Below are positions 25,801 to 40,800 of a stretch of DNA of 64,000 nt, piece after piece. The notes under the pieces are model-generated. The model made no database searches. It was given only the letters and a program-made list of their open reading frames with translations, and had not been told where the DNA came from. Each line of letters begins with the position of its first letter. The stretch's first letter is position 1. This DNA comes from Pecten maximus (Eukaryota): assembly GCF_902652985.1 (NCBI RefSeq), contig NC_047015.1:59892001-59956000 (forward strand), written 5' to 3'. The position numbers and the translations under genes were made by a program.

Positions 25801-28800
25801 GGTTAGTTTATGATTTAATGAAATATACAGAGGATAATAATATTCCAGGGATGCTGCTTATGATAGATTTCCAAAAAGCCTTTGATTCGGTCTCATGGGA
25901 GTTTATTGAAAAAGTATTAAAATTTTTTGGTTTTGGGGAAAACATACGAAATTGGATAAATGTATTTCACAAAAATGTCAGTGCCGCAATCATTCAGGGA
26001 GGAAACTTGTCTTCATTCTTCAATGTTAAAAGGGGATGCCGACAGGGTGACCCGATAGCCCCGTATATCTTTATCCTATGTGCAGAAATATTAGCTATCA
26101 TATTACGACATAATAAAAATATAACAGGCATTGAAGTCAATAGAAGTCCGATCCTACTCTCACAATATGCAGATGATACATCTTTGGCATTGAACGGCTC
26201 AGAGATATCTCTTAAAGAATCAGTTAATGAACTTAATTTATACGCTAAAATTTCTGGTCTTAAAATTAATGTTTCTAAAACACAGGTAATTTGGATAGGT
26301 AGTAAAAAGTTCAGTGACGATACTTTCCTACCAGATCTTAATTTGCAATGGGGCAAACACAAATTTACGCTATTGGGGATTGAATTTCATGTCAACCTAC
26401 ATGAGATACCAAAACTGAATTTCGATAAAAAACTAATTAAATTAAAGTCACTTCTTAAAACCTGGAAAAGAAGAGTTTTGACCCCTATCGGTAGAATCCA
26501 TATTATTAAATCGCTCCTCATTTCACAATTTAACCATCTCTTTATTTCACTCCCTAGTCCTAATGAACAGTTTACTTCAACACTAAATTCCATTCTTTTT
26601 ATATTTTTGTGGAATAGCAAAACAGATAAAGTAAAAAGAGAATTTATTGTTCAAGATTATCTAAATGGTGGTTTAAAAATGATAAATATAAAAGCTTTTA
26701 TAGATTCATTAAAATTATCTTGGGTGAGAAGGCTTTTTCAAACTACAGCCAAGTGGCAAGCTATTTTGAAAAGTTACATTAACATTGATTTGCTAGCCAA
26801 TTGTGGCAATGATTATGTGCAGAAATGTGCAAAAAGTTGCAGTAATATATTCTGGGCTGATGTGTTTAAAGCCTGGTACAATTTAAATCTATCAATCGAA
26901 AAAAATAGCATTATGAAAGATTCTATCCTAAAAACACCACTATGGTTTAATAAAGATATAACTGTTGGCCAGAAATCAGTATTTTTTAAGAATTTCTATA
27001 ACAAAAACATAATTATGATAAATGACTTGATATCAGATCATAATACTGGATGTTTTCACACTTTCCAAGAAGTAACTCGCACATATCAAGTAAAAACTAA
27101 TTTTCTTCAGTATCATAGCCTTTTGTCAGCAGTAAGAAATTTTTTTTCTTCAAAAGAAATTTCTGTATTAAAAATCCCATATCCTTGTTTGCCAATGAAC
27201 ATAGAATTATTCATGAAACACAGAAAAGGCTCAAAGGATTTCTATAATATTTTTATTAAAAATAACAATGTTCCTACAGGTAAAAAGAAGTGGAATGAAG
27301 TTTTTAACTTGAATGATACAACTTGGACTAGGATATTCAAGATTCCCTTTATTGCTACAAAAAATACCAAACTTCAGTGGTTTCAGTACAGAGTTAATCA
27401 TCACATCTTAACCACAAACTCTTTTCTTTTCAAATCACAGCTAGTAATTTCTCCTCTTTGTACTTTATGCAATTCTGAAATTGAAACTATCATACATATC
27501 TTGTGGGAATGTTGTTAAGTTCAGAACTTATTAGAAAGTCTTAGAATTTTATTAGATGCTCTTTTTATCCCATTTAATTTCAATAAGCAATCTTTTATTT
27601 TTGGACTACTATCTCAAAATCCTAATAACTGTAAAGTTGACAATGAAATTCTCCTTGTTATCAAACAATATATTTATAAAATGCGATGTTTTCACAAGTC
27701 TTTAAACATCAATGGTCTGATAAGTGCTCTTAAACAATATCATGAGACGCAAAAATTTATTGCATATAGTAAAGGAGAAGCCTGTAGGAAAAAGTTTGAA
27801 AAAGAGTGGAAAAACTGGGGGAAAATCTCCGACTTATAATAACCATATCTCTTTTTTTCTCCAGTGCTGTGTTGCTGATAATCATTAAATAAGCAGATAA
27901 TAATTACTTTCCATCTCCTATCAAGGTATATTATTTTAATTTTTTGTATTAAATGGTCCCATCCTTCTTTGTCTATCTTCTTTTGTCTATCCCCCCCCCC
28001 CCCCCCCCCCCCCCCCTGTTTTCCAATTGTGTGTGTGTGTGTGTGTAAGAGGTACCTATCAGTGTGGAGCGTGGTCAATCCTGCTGATGACTCGGTAGAC
28101 GTGGATAGAGTTGATATGACCAACACAGAAACTGAGCCCTCGATAGGATTGATCAGGCTACCAGGAAACTGAATATGTATGTGTGTGAGGGTGTATGTAT
28201 ATGTATGTCTATCAGAGTACATTCACATTTATAGGAGTTTGTATGGTTTCCTATGTACATGCATTTACCTTTGTAGTTAATGATGATGATATTATGAAGA
28301 TGATTAGAATGATGATTAATTATTATGATGAGTATGATGAGATTATGGTGATGATACTATGATGATGAGAGTATGTTGACTTGTATGATGATGTGATTAC
28401 GATGGTGATGATGAGTATGATGATGCGGATGAGGTTGCTTTTAAGACAATGAAAGATCTTGAGGTTATTCTGATCATGATGATATATAATGGCAAACCAT
28501 ACATTCTGGAACTGATGTGTGTATGTTTGAGGGTGTGTATGTGTGCATGAGGTTATTATCTATTCATGTATTAAAAATGTCTTCAAAAATTAAAAATTAA
28601 AAAAAAAAAAAAAAAAAAGTTACATAACCAGGTAATAGTTACACAACCAGGTAATAGTTACATAACTAGGTAATAGTTACACAACCAGGTAATAGTTACA
28701 CAACCAGGTAATAGTTACATAACTAGGTAATAGTTACACAACCAGGTAATAGTTACACAACCAGGTAATAGTTACATAACTAGGTAATAGTTACATAACC

Positions 28801-31800
28801 AGGTAATAGTTACATAACCAGGTAATAGTTACATAACCAGGTAATAGTTACATAACCAGGCAATAGTTACATAACCAGGTAATAGTTACATAACCAGGTA
28901 ATAGTTACACAACCAGGTAATAGTTACACAACCAGGTAATAGTTACATAACCAGGTAATAGTTACACAACCAGGCAATAGTTACACAACCAGGCAATAGT
29001 TACATAACCAGGTAATAGTTACATAACCAGGCAATAGTTACACAACCAGGTAATAGTTACACAACCAGGTAATAGTTACACAACCAGGTAATAGTTACAT
29101 AACTAGGTAATAGTTACATAACCAGGTAATAGTTACACAACCAGGTATTAGTTACATAACTAGGTAATAATTACACAACCAGGCAATAGTTACACAACCA
29201 GGTATTAGTTACATAACTAGGTAATAGTTACATAACTAGGTAATAGTTACACAACCAGATAATAGTTACATAACCAGGTAATAGTTACACAACCAGGTAA
29301 TAGTTACACAACCAGGTATTAGTTACACAACCAGGTATTAGTTACATAACCAGGTAATAGTTACACAACCAGGTATTAGTTACATAACTAGGTAATAGTT
29401 ACACAACCAGGTAATAGTTACACAACCAGGCAATAGTTACACAACCAGGTATTAGTTACATAACCAGGTCATAGTTACATAACTAGGTCATAGTTTCATA
29501 ACTAGGTAATAGTTACATAACCAGGTAATAGTTATACAACCAGGTAATAGTTACATAACCAGGTAATAGTTACACAACCAGGTAATAGTTACACAACCAG
29601 GCAATAGTTACATAACCAGGTAATAGTTACACAACCAGGTATTAGTTACACAACCAGGTATTAGTTACATAACTAGGTAATAGTTACACAACCAGGTAAT
29701 AGTTACATAACCAAGTAATAATTACATAACCAGGTAATAGTTACACAACCAGGTATTAGTTACATAACTAGGTAATAGTTACACAACCAGGTAATAGTTA
29801 CATAACCAGGTAATAGTTACATAACTAGGTAATAGTTACACAACCAGGTAATAGTTACATAACCAGGTAATAGTTACACAACCAGGTATTAGTTACATAA
29901 CTAGGTAATAGTTACACAACCAGGTAATAGTTACATAACCGGGTTATAGTTACACAACCAGGTAATAGTTACATAACTAGGTAATAGTTACACAACCAGG
30001 TAATAGAAACACAACCAGATAATAGTTACACAACCAGGTAATAGTTACACAACCAGGTAATAGTTATACAACAGGTAATAGATGTGTGCAAAAGCCACAT
30101 AAAGGAGCAAGTCAGCTCATATGACATACTTATTGAAAGTGGAGTCAAAAGGAACACAACAGAGTAAACTGTCACCATCAAACACAACATTACCGTGACA
30201 CTGTCACCATCAAACACAACATTACCGTGACACTGTCACCATCGAACACAACATTACAGTGACAATGTCACCATCAAACACAACATTACCGTGACACTGT
30301 CACCATCAAACACAACATTACCGTGCCACTGTCACCATCAAACACAACATTACCGTGCCACTGTCACCATCGAACACAACATTACCGTGACACTGTCACC
30401 ATCAAACACAACATTACCGTGACACTGTCACCATCAAACACAACATTACCGTGACACTGTCACCATCGAACACAACATTACCGTGACACTGTCACCATCG
30501 AACACAACATTACAGTGACACTGTCACCATCGAACACAACATTACCGTGCCACTGTCACCATCAAACACAACATGACAGTGACAATGTCACCATCAAACA
30601 CAACATTACCGTGACACTGCCTTTTCCATCTCCTGGATCATTTTCTCTTGCTGTTTCATTAGTTGTGTGTGGCGTACTGTCATACGATGTATCTCTGCAT
30701 TCATGGCCTTAATCTCACCCTGACCCACCTCGGAGTCCACTGCTGCTCGCGTCTCGCGTGCCAGCTGGGTTTTCTTCTCCCAAAGCATTATCTGGCGTCT
30801 ATAGTGGAATCATATACATAATAATCAATCATTAACAGGGGCAAACATAACTAATATCCACTCAGCCATTCTGGACAAGTAGCATTTGATAAAAGCTTGT
30901 TATTTACTTAAGATTAAAGCTTAGGACAATTAGTTATAATTAGTTATAATACGCAGGAAGTTACATCAAAAGTATTTTAATGAGTACATGCAAATAATGA
31001 ATTAATCTATCATAGCACTCAAAAATGTGGATATTATAGATTGGATTGAAAACTATGTAAAATGCAGGATATTCTAGGTTTGATTTCCTCTGTAAAACTT
31101 GAGGAACCATCTTACTCCATAGTTACCGCATCGTGGTTTGTTTATACAAAAAAAGGACGGATCAGTCTGACTTAGACAGGTGATAGATTCTGCACCATGG
31201 TATAAACTTTAGACCAATTAGCTAATAGAATATTAATATAGATCGAATTATACGTACTCTGCCTCTACAAGACTGTTGAGAAGTCTCTCTTTCTCCTCCT
31301 TGATGGAGTCTAAATTGGCTTGTTTCTCAATGGATTCTAGTTCAGCTTCCTGTAACACAAATTGTAACGTGAGGACATGTCAGTGTCACAGCTGTGACTG
31401 TCCAAACATGTGACAGTTGGTTACTTCAGTAAAAATCATGAAATATAGACTTGGAATAACATAAAACTAACAACCCCATATAAAAGATGGCTGACACTCT
31501 GAGTGAGTGAGCTATCGCAGGCTTACTGCTGGATAAATACAGTATAGTTGATTGAGTGAGCTATCGCGGGCTTACTGCTGGATAAATACAGTATAGTAGA
31601 TTGAGTGAGCTATCGCGGGCTTACTGCTGGATAAATACAGTATAGTTGATTGAGTGAGCTATCGCGGGCTTACTGCTGGATAAATACAGTATAGTTGATT
31701 GAGTGAGCTATCGCGGGCTTACTGCTGGATAAATACAGTATAGTTGATTGAGTGAGCTATCGTGGGCTTACTGCTGGATAAATACAGTATAGTTGATTGA

Positions 31801-34800
31801 GTGAGCTATCGCGGGCTTACTGCTGGATAAATACAGTATAGTTGATTGTGTGGCAGACTTGTCCTACCTTGAGTGCTCTGATGAAGTCCTGTTCCAGCAG
31901 GATATTATCTTGTTGTAGATTTGTCTGAATATTGGTTTCCTTGTGAAGATGTTGATTCAGTTTAATCATGTCATTTTGCATGTTGGTGATGTTACGTTCA
32001 ATATCGTACGTCTCTCGTCTCTCCTCGTCTATGTTTCCTGTGCAAGAAAAAGCAAGTAATTGTAAAATAAATAATTCATCTAACCAGCAGTTATAAATAA
32101 GTTTGTTTTGAACTTGATTTATTGGAGGACATTAAGATCTTTCAGTTTCTGCTCAGCAAATTTATCCAGCTAGTTTACATTTCTAAAAAAACAACATGTC
32201 TAAAAGATCCATTAGTGTCGGCACAAGTTGAGGTCACATGAATAGATCATAAGTTGAGGTCACATGAATAGATCACAAGTTGAGGTCACATGAATAAATC
32301 ACAAGTTGAGGCATGAAATATTATGTTATATATCTGAAACAAAACAGATACGAGGTTTGCAAACTTCTTTCATTGTTTAAAAAAAAGAATATTTTTGATT
32401 AAGCAAATCTTGCCTTGTGTACGAATCTTTTTCTGTGACAGGATTGTCAGTTGTTTCTTCAATTTCTCGACAGATTCTGATTGGCTGTCCTTTTCCTTGG
32501 CAAGGTGAACTAATTCTGTCTGTTGTCGCAGCCAAAGCTGTTGTAGTTCTGCGATCTCTTGGAGGCGAGCTTCAATAGACTTCTGTAGTGAATTGATGTT
32601 GATTTCCAGTGGCCCGAGCTCGACACCCTAAAGCAGAGACAAGAAAATTAATGTAACAGCTGATCAAGGGAAACACAAAACAGGCACAACCTAATTAATG
32701 TAACAGCTCATCAAGGGAAACACAAAACAGGCACAACCTAATTAATGTAACAGCTGATCACAGGGAACACAAAACAGGCACAACCTAATTAATGTAACAG
32801 CTGATCAAGGGAAACACAAAACAGGCACAACCTAATTAATGTAACAGCTGATCAAGGGAAACACATCCTAAAACAGGCACAACCTAATTAATGTAACAGC
32901 TGATCAAGGGAAACACATCCTAAAACAGGCACAACCTAATTAATGTAACAGCTGATCACAGGGAACACAAAACAGGCACAACCTAATTAATGTAACAGCT
33001 GATCACAGGGAACACAAAACAGGCACAACCTAATTAATGTAACAGCTGATCACGGGGAACACAAAACAGGCACAACCTAATTAATGTAACAGCTCATCAA
33101 GGGAAACACAAAACAGTCACAACTTAATTAATGTAACAGCTGATCATCCAGGAAGACGGTAGATGTTTACAATATCTTATTAACATCAACCTGTAACATT
33201 TGTGGCTAATCAACTCTGATACATGTACATATCTCCATCAGGGGCTGACATCTCATTTGAGGCAAAGAAGATAAGATTTTATAAATGGAATATCAGTGTG
33301 AGACTAACATATTCTTCGTGTGTGATTGCCCTCCACCAGTCCTGACTTACCCCAGCAATACTGATGAGTACCACCAGTCCTGACTTACCCCAGCATTACT
33401 GATGAGTACCACCAGTCCCGACCTACCCCAGCATTACTGATGAGTACCACCAGTCCGACTTACCCCAGCATTACTGATGAGTACCACCAGTCCCGACTTA
33501 CCCCAGCATTACTGATGAGTACCACCAGTCCCGACTTACCCCAGCATTACTGATGAGTACCACCAGTCCCGACTTACCCCAGCATTACTGATGAGTACCA
33601 CCAGTCCCGACTTACCCCAGCATTACTGATGAGTACCACCAGTCCCGACTTACCCCAGCATTACTGATGAGTACCACCAGTCCCGACTTACCCCAGCATT
33701 ACTGATGAGTACCACCAGTCCCGACTTACCCCAGCATTACTGATGAGTACCACCAGTCCAGACTTACCCCAGCATTACTGATGAGTACCACCAGTCCCGA
33801 CTTACCCCAGCATTACTGATGAGTACCACCAGTCCCGACTTACCTCAGCATTACTGATGAGTACCACCAGTCCAGACTTACCCCAGCATTAGTGATGAGC
33901 ACCTCCAGCTTTTTGTTGTATTGGTCGATAATATTCTGTTTCCTTTCAATGATAGCATTTCGTTTGACAATCTCTGCCTCACTTCGGTTGATGATGTCAT
34001 TTTTAGCACTGACTTCTTCGTCCAAACCTCTCATAATTTTGTCGAGCCTTTCGACCCTTGTTTGTACATTGGAGATTTCTAATGTTTCTGATGAGATGGT
34101 ATTCTCCACCTCAGCCATTTGTGTCTCCTACAACAGAACAGGAACATGTTAATACAGAAGCTGCAATGTTCTCAGTTGATAGCTATCAAAGCCGTCCTAT
34201 GTCGCCTGTTATATGATACAGGGGAGATAACTCATTCCTAATTCAGCCAAGGGAGATAACTCATTCCTAATTTAGCCAGGGGAGATAACTCATTTCCTAA
34301 TTCAGCCAAGGTTGGTTAGTTAAATCAATGTATTTCTTACAGTGTTACAATCAATTTTGTCAAAAGTGTATAAGGTCGTGCGAGTTATCTCCCTTCCCGA
34401 GATTATAAGCGGTATTACCTGTACAGGTACAGGTAGTCACGACAATGCGAGGCTCGCTGTTTCAGTAAGGACGTGTTTCTAATTGTGTGCGTTTTGTGGT
34501 TGCCCCAACCTCCCACCCTTTTGGCTTTGGAGAAAATAGACTATTTTATGATTATGTTCATTGGCTTAATCGGGTAGTGATGAGGTTTGATCACACAGAT
34601 CCTGGTTTTTCCTGGGCGGCGGCATTACCTGTGATAGAGGGTACCCGTCCAGTATTTACAGTTAGAGTAAAAGTCCTTACTTCATGTTATAGTACATCAA
34701 CAGTTTATATCAGTGGTAAGGTTGTATTAATCGTATCAGTAAATCTTTTGTGAAATTATGTCATTATCCTGCAAATGAAAAACATGAGCCACACATCCTA

Positions 34801-37800
34801 TATTCATGGTTTTCTTGTCTTTGATATAACTACGTAAGACAATATTTATTTTCAGACACACAGTATGGAGGGAGAAAAGCCACTTACAAGCTGTTTGGTG
34901 AGTTCGCGTTTTTTAGAGGTGAGTTTACGAGTATACTGTGAAGCTTTGTCCATAGTCAACTGACTTCTCATCTTCTCCATAATGGCGTCTTCCAGCTGCA
35001 CCTTCTCCAAATATTCTCGCTCAATCTGCTTCCTCAGGGCATTGAGCTCGTTCATCCTGAGTGTCTTATCCTACAAAATAGGCAACAAAATCTGATAAAC
35101 TAGGCAACACAATCTATATATCTACACCTGTCTCATAAACTAGACAACACAATCTATATATCTACACCTGTCTCATAAACTAGACAACACAATCTATATA
35201 TCTACACCTGTCTCATAAACTAGACAACACAATCTATATATCTACACCTGTCTCATAAACTAGACAACACAATCTATATATCTACACCTGTCTCATAAAC
35301 TAGACAACACAATCTATATATCTACACCTGTCTCATAAACTAGACAACACAATCTATATATCTACACCTGTCTCATAAACTAGGCAACACAATCTATATA
35401 TCTACACCTGTCTCATAAACTAGACAACACAATCTATATATCTACACCTGTCTCATAAACTAAGCAACACAATCTATATATCTACACCTGTCTCATAAAC
35501 TAGACACAATCTATATATCTACACCTGTCTCATAAACTAGACAACACAATCTATATATCTACACCTGTCTCATAAACTAGGCAACACAATCTATATATCT
35601 ACACCTGTCTCATAAACTAGGCAACACAATCTATATATCTACACCTGTCTCATAAACTAGACAACACAATCTATATATCTACACCTGTCTCATAAACTAG
35701 ACACAATCTATATATCTACACCTGTCTCATAAACTAGGCAACACAATCTATATATCTACACCTGTCTCATAAACTAGACAACACAATCTATATATCTACA
35801 CCTGTCTCATAAACTAGACAACACAATCTATATATCTACACCTGTCTCATAAACTAGACAACACAATCTATATATCTACACCTGTCTCATAAACTAGACA
35901 ACACAATCTATATATCTACACCTGTCTCATAAACTAGACAACACAATCTATATATCTACACCTGTCTCATAAACTAGACATCACAATATATATATCTACA
36001 CCTGTCTCATAAACTAGACAACACAATCTATATATCTACACCTGTCTCATAAACTAGACAACACAATCTATATATGTACACCTGTCTCATAAACTAGACA
36101 ACACAATCTATATATCTACACCTGTCTCATAAACTAGGCAACACAATCTATATATCTACACCTGTCTCATAAACTAGACAACACAATCTATATATCTACA
36201 CCTGTCTCATAAACTAGACAACACAATCTATATATCTACACCTGTCTCATAAACTAGACAACACAATCTATATATGTACACCTGTCTCATAAACTAGACA
36301 ACACAATCTATATATCTACACCTGTCTCATAAACTAGGCAACACAATCTATATATCTACACCTGTCTCATAAACTAGACAACACAATCTATATATCTACA
36401 CCTGTCTCATAAACTAGACCACACAATCTATATATCTACACCTGTCTCATAAACTAAGCAACACAATCTATATATCTACACCTGTCTCATAAACTAGACC
36501 ACACAATCTATATATCTACACCTGTCTCATAAACTAGACAACACAATCTATATATCTACACCTGTCTCATAAACTAGGCAACACAATCTATATATCTACA
36601 CCTGTCTCATAAACTAGACAACACAATCTATATATCTACACCTGTCTCATAAACTAGGCAACACAATCTATATATCTACACCTGTCTCATAAACTAGGCA
36701 ACACAATCTATATATCTACACCTGTCTCATAAACTAGACACAATCTATATATCTACACCTGTCTCAGGAAGCATACACATTTTAGTAGTAGTCTCTACTG
36801 GTATTCACACTGATAAACTATATATCTACACCTGTCTCAGGAAGCATACACATTTTAGTAGTAGTCTCTACTGGTATTCACACTGATAGAGTCTTTGAGT
36901 AGTATTTTGTATGACAAGGATTGTCATCATTATGCAAAAAATCCTGTTTGTATTTTACTTCGAAAAAAAAAAATCACAATTATAATATCCAGTTTTGGAG
37001 TAAGAAGCCAAGAAATTCAGATTGTAGAAGTAAGTAAAGAGTTTACCTACCGTAACTGCACGGTTGAGTGCCTGCTCAGTCTCGTGTAACATCCGTGTGT
37101 ATGTAGCATACTCAGCCTTTAAAGCATCATGTTTGGCCTGGGATTGACTCAACAGCTTTCTCACGGTCTCGATGTCCCGCTCAGTCTTATTTAATATCAG
37201 AGTTAGTTTCTCATTCTGCTCCTGTTCCTTGAAAATAGACTTTTTATATCCTTCAATTTCAGTTTCGAGGGATAAAACTTTCTGCTGTTGTTGTCTGAAA
37301 TAAAGACAGTGTCATGAAAACAAACAAATCTTACTAGAGATGGCCATACGTCAACATCTACAGGGTTTTACTAGAGATGGCCATACGTCAACATCTACAG
37401 GGTTTTACTAGAGATGGCCATACGTCAACATCTACAGGGTTTTACTAGAGATGGCCGTACGTCAACATCTACTGGGTTTTACTAGAGATGGCCGTACGTC
37501 AACATCTACAGGGTTTTACTAGAGATGGCCGTACGTCAACATCTACAGGGTTTTACTAGAGATGGCCGTACGTCAACATCTACAGGGTTTTACTAGAGAT
37601 GGCCGTACGTCAACATCTACAGGGTTTTACTAGAGATGGCCGTACGTCAACATCTACAGGGTTTTACTAGAGATGGCCGTACGTCAACATCTACAGGGTT
37701 TTACTAGAGATGGCCATACGTCAACATCTACAGGGTTTTACTAGAGATGGCCATACGTCAACATCTACAGGGTTTTACTAGAGATGGCCATACGTCAACA

Positions 37801-40800
37801 TCTACAGGGTTTTACTAGAGATGGCCATACGTCAACATCTACAGGGTTTTACTAGAGATGGCCATACGTCAACATCTACAGGGTTTTACTAGAGATGGCC
37901 ATACGTCAACATCTACAGGGTTTTGGAGAAGTGTAATTTTGAGTACAAGGTGCTCTTGGAGGACAACATTTACATTCTGGTGCCATCAACTCTGTGATGT
38001 TTCAGACCATATGTTAAAAGCCCTTCATCTCCACGAGAGTAGAGTCACTATACAGGTCCAGACAACTGCCATCACAGTAGGGTTTTAAAAAGGAAATGTA
38101 GATAGATGGAAGGTTACATCAGGGGAAGTTGGAGAATCCTTCCCCACCAGTACTTCTCAAGAAATGGTGACAACAAGGAATGATTACAGATGGACCCTCT
38201 GATGATGGTGGGCTAATAAAAGGTGGCAGGAAAAGTTTAGTTTTGGAAAGATTGGCATGAAATAAAACAATTGACCATTATGAGAGTATTATAGTGATAG
38301 AATATTACAGTAATAGAAATTTAAACATTCATCAAACTATCAATGTAATATTATGAAGCCAATATACAAATAAATCAAAATTATCAGCTGTCATTAGTGA
38401 CTCTTTGTTCTTACTCTAAAGCTTCCTGCATGGCAGAATGAGCTTCATCTCTCCTCCTCATCCCGATCAGCGAGCTGTTCCACTGCTGAAACAGCTGTTT
38501 CTTCTCGAGACCAATTGCCTGTCAACATAACCAAATATTTGTTTACATGACGAAGGGAAAGCTGATTCTTGTATTGGATGTCAATTGATCTACATCTGAT
38601 CACATCCATTTAACATTGAGTTGTACTCTACGAGAGTGATAAAACATGCCAGTGTGCTGTCATGTCCCCTAATATCAGCCAATCAGATTTGTCAGACTTT
38701 TCTGTCAGGCTGTGCTAGAGTGTAATATGACGTTTTATCAAAGATGCAGTATTTATGACGTTTTGGTGAATATCAAGGAAATAAGACGCAGTATTTATGA
38801 CGTTTTGGTGAATATTAAGGAAATAAGACGCAGTATTTATGATGTCATGGTGAATATTAAGGAAATAAGACACAGTATTTATGATGTCATGGTGAATATT
38901 AAGGAAATAACATGCAGTATTTATGGAGTTTTGGTGAATATTAAGGAAATAAGATGCAGTATTTATGATGTCATGGTGAATATTAAGGAAATAAGACGCA
39001 GTATTTATGACGTTACGTTGAATATTAAGGAAATAAGACGCAGTATTTATGACGTTACGTTGAATATTAAGGAAATAAGACGCAGTATTTATGACGTCAT
39101 GGTGAATATGAAGGTAATAAGATACAATATTTATGACGTTTTGGTGAATATTAAGGAAATAAGACGCAGTATTTATGACGTTTTGGTGAATATTAAGGTA
39201 ATAAGACACAGTATTTATGACGTTTTGGTGAATATTAAGGTAATAAGATGCAGTATTTATGACGTTTTGGTGAATATTAAGGAAATAAGATGCAGTATTT
39301 ATGACGTTACGGTGAATATTAAGGTTATAAGATGCAGTATTTATGACGTTACGTTGAATATTAAGGAAATAAGACGCAGTATTTATGACGTCATGGTGAA
39401 TATGAAGGTAATAAGATACAATATTTATGACGTTTTGGTGAATATTAAGGAAATAAGACGCAGTATTTATGACGTTACGGTGAATATTAAGGTAATAAGA
39501 CACAGTATTTATGACGTTTTGGTGAATATTAAGGTAATAAGATGCAGTATTTATGACGTTATGGTGAATATTGAGGAAATAAGACGCAGTATTTATGACG
39601 TTTTGGTGAATATTAAGGAAATAAGATGCAGTATTTATGACGTTACGGTGAATATTAAGGTAATAAGATGCAGTATTTATGACGTTATGGTGAATATTGA
39701 GGAAATAAGACGCAGTATTTATGACGTTTTGGTGAATATTAAGGAAATAAGATGCAGTATTTATGACGTTACGGTGAATATTAAGGTTATAAGATGCAGT
39801 ATTTATGACGTTACGTTGAATATTAAGGAAATAAGACGCAGTATTTATGACGTCATGGTGAATATGAAGGTAATAAGATACAATATTTATGACGTTTTGG
39901 TGAATATTAAGGAAATAAGACGCAGTATTTATGACGTTTTGGTGAATATTAAGGTAATAAGACACAGTATTTATGACGTTTTGGTGAATATTAAGGTAAT
40001 AAGATGCAGTATTTATGACGTTACGTTGAATATTAAGGAAATAAGACGCAGTATTTATGACGTCATGGTGAATATGAAGGTAATAAGATACAATATTTAT
40101 GACGTTTTGGTGAATATTAAGGAAATAAGACGCAGTATTTATGAGGTTACGGTGAATATTAAGGTAATAAGATGCAGTATTTATGACGTTACGGTGAATA
40201 TTAAGGTAATAAGATGCAGTATTTATGACGTTATGGTGAATATTAAGGAAATAAGACACAGTATTTATGACGTTTTGGTGAATATTAAGGAAATAAGATG
40301 CAGTATTTATGATGTTACGGTGAATATTAAGGTTATAAGACGCAGTATTTATGATGTTTCGGTTGATATTAAGGTAATAAGATGCAGTTTAAATGGAATG
40401 GGATCATGCCTTAATACTCTGTGCTCTTGTTTTGATACAGAAATAAAACAGTTACGACACTATATTTCTATCAATATCAGGATATATGGAGCTCAGATTA
40501 CCAATATCAAACTTGGTCTCCGGACTCCGCCATTATTGGTTATCCTCGCTCCCTAAATCATCACACCAATAGAAAAACGTCTATAAAATGTCTTGTATTG
40601 ATAATTCTCACACAGTACAACACTGACTGATGTTTTTGGGGATAATAACCTCGATCTCCATGTGAGCTTCAGTGAGAGCCTCTTTGGCGGCTAATGTCTC
40701 CTCAGTTTGTGCCGTGATCTGTGCCTCGTACATGGCAATCTCCTCTTTCAACTTGTCGACTCTTTCCACGAGACGATCCACAAATAAATCCTACAAACAC

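Larger units (their letters stand above)
21494..28618 (+). mobile_element. Full-length L1/Tx1-clade non-LTR retrotransposon in CCDC40 intron 18, antisense to host
   Basis: ORF1, ORF2 (APE-RT-CCHC) and poly(A) at 28599-28618. 17-bp TSD aaaagttacataaccag at 21477-21493 and 28615-28631. Confidence 0.93.

Noticed and set aside
21840-26620. Antisense ORFs over the LINE ORFs
   Set aside because: Shadow frames of coding sequence
34360-34750. Possible DIRS/Ngaro terminal-repeat fragment
   Set aside because: Only a vague resemblance; no ORF, partner repeat or TSD
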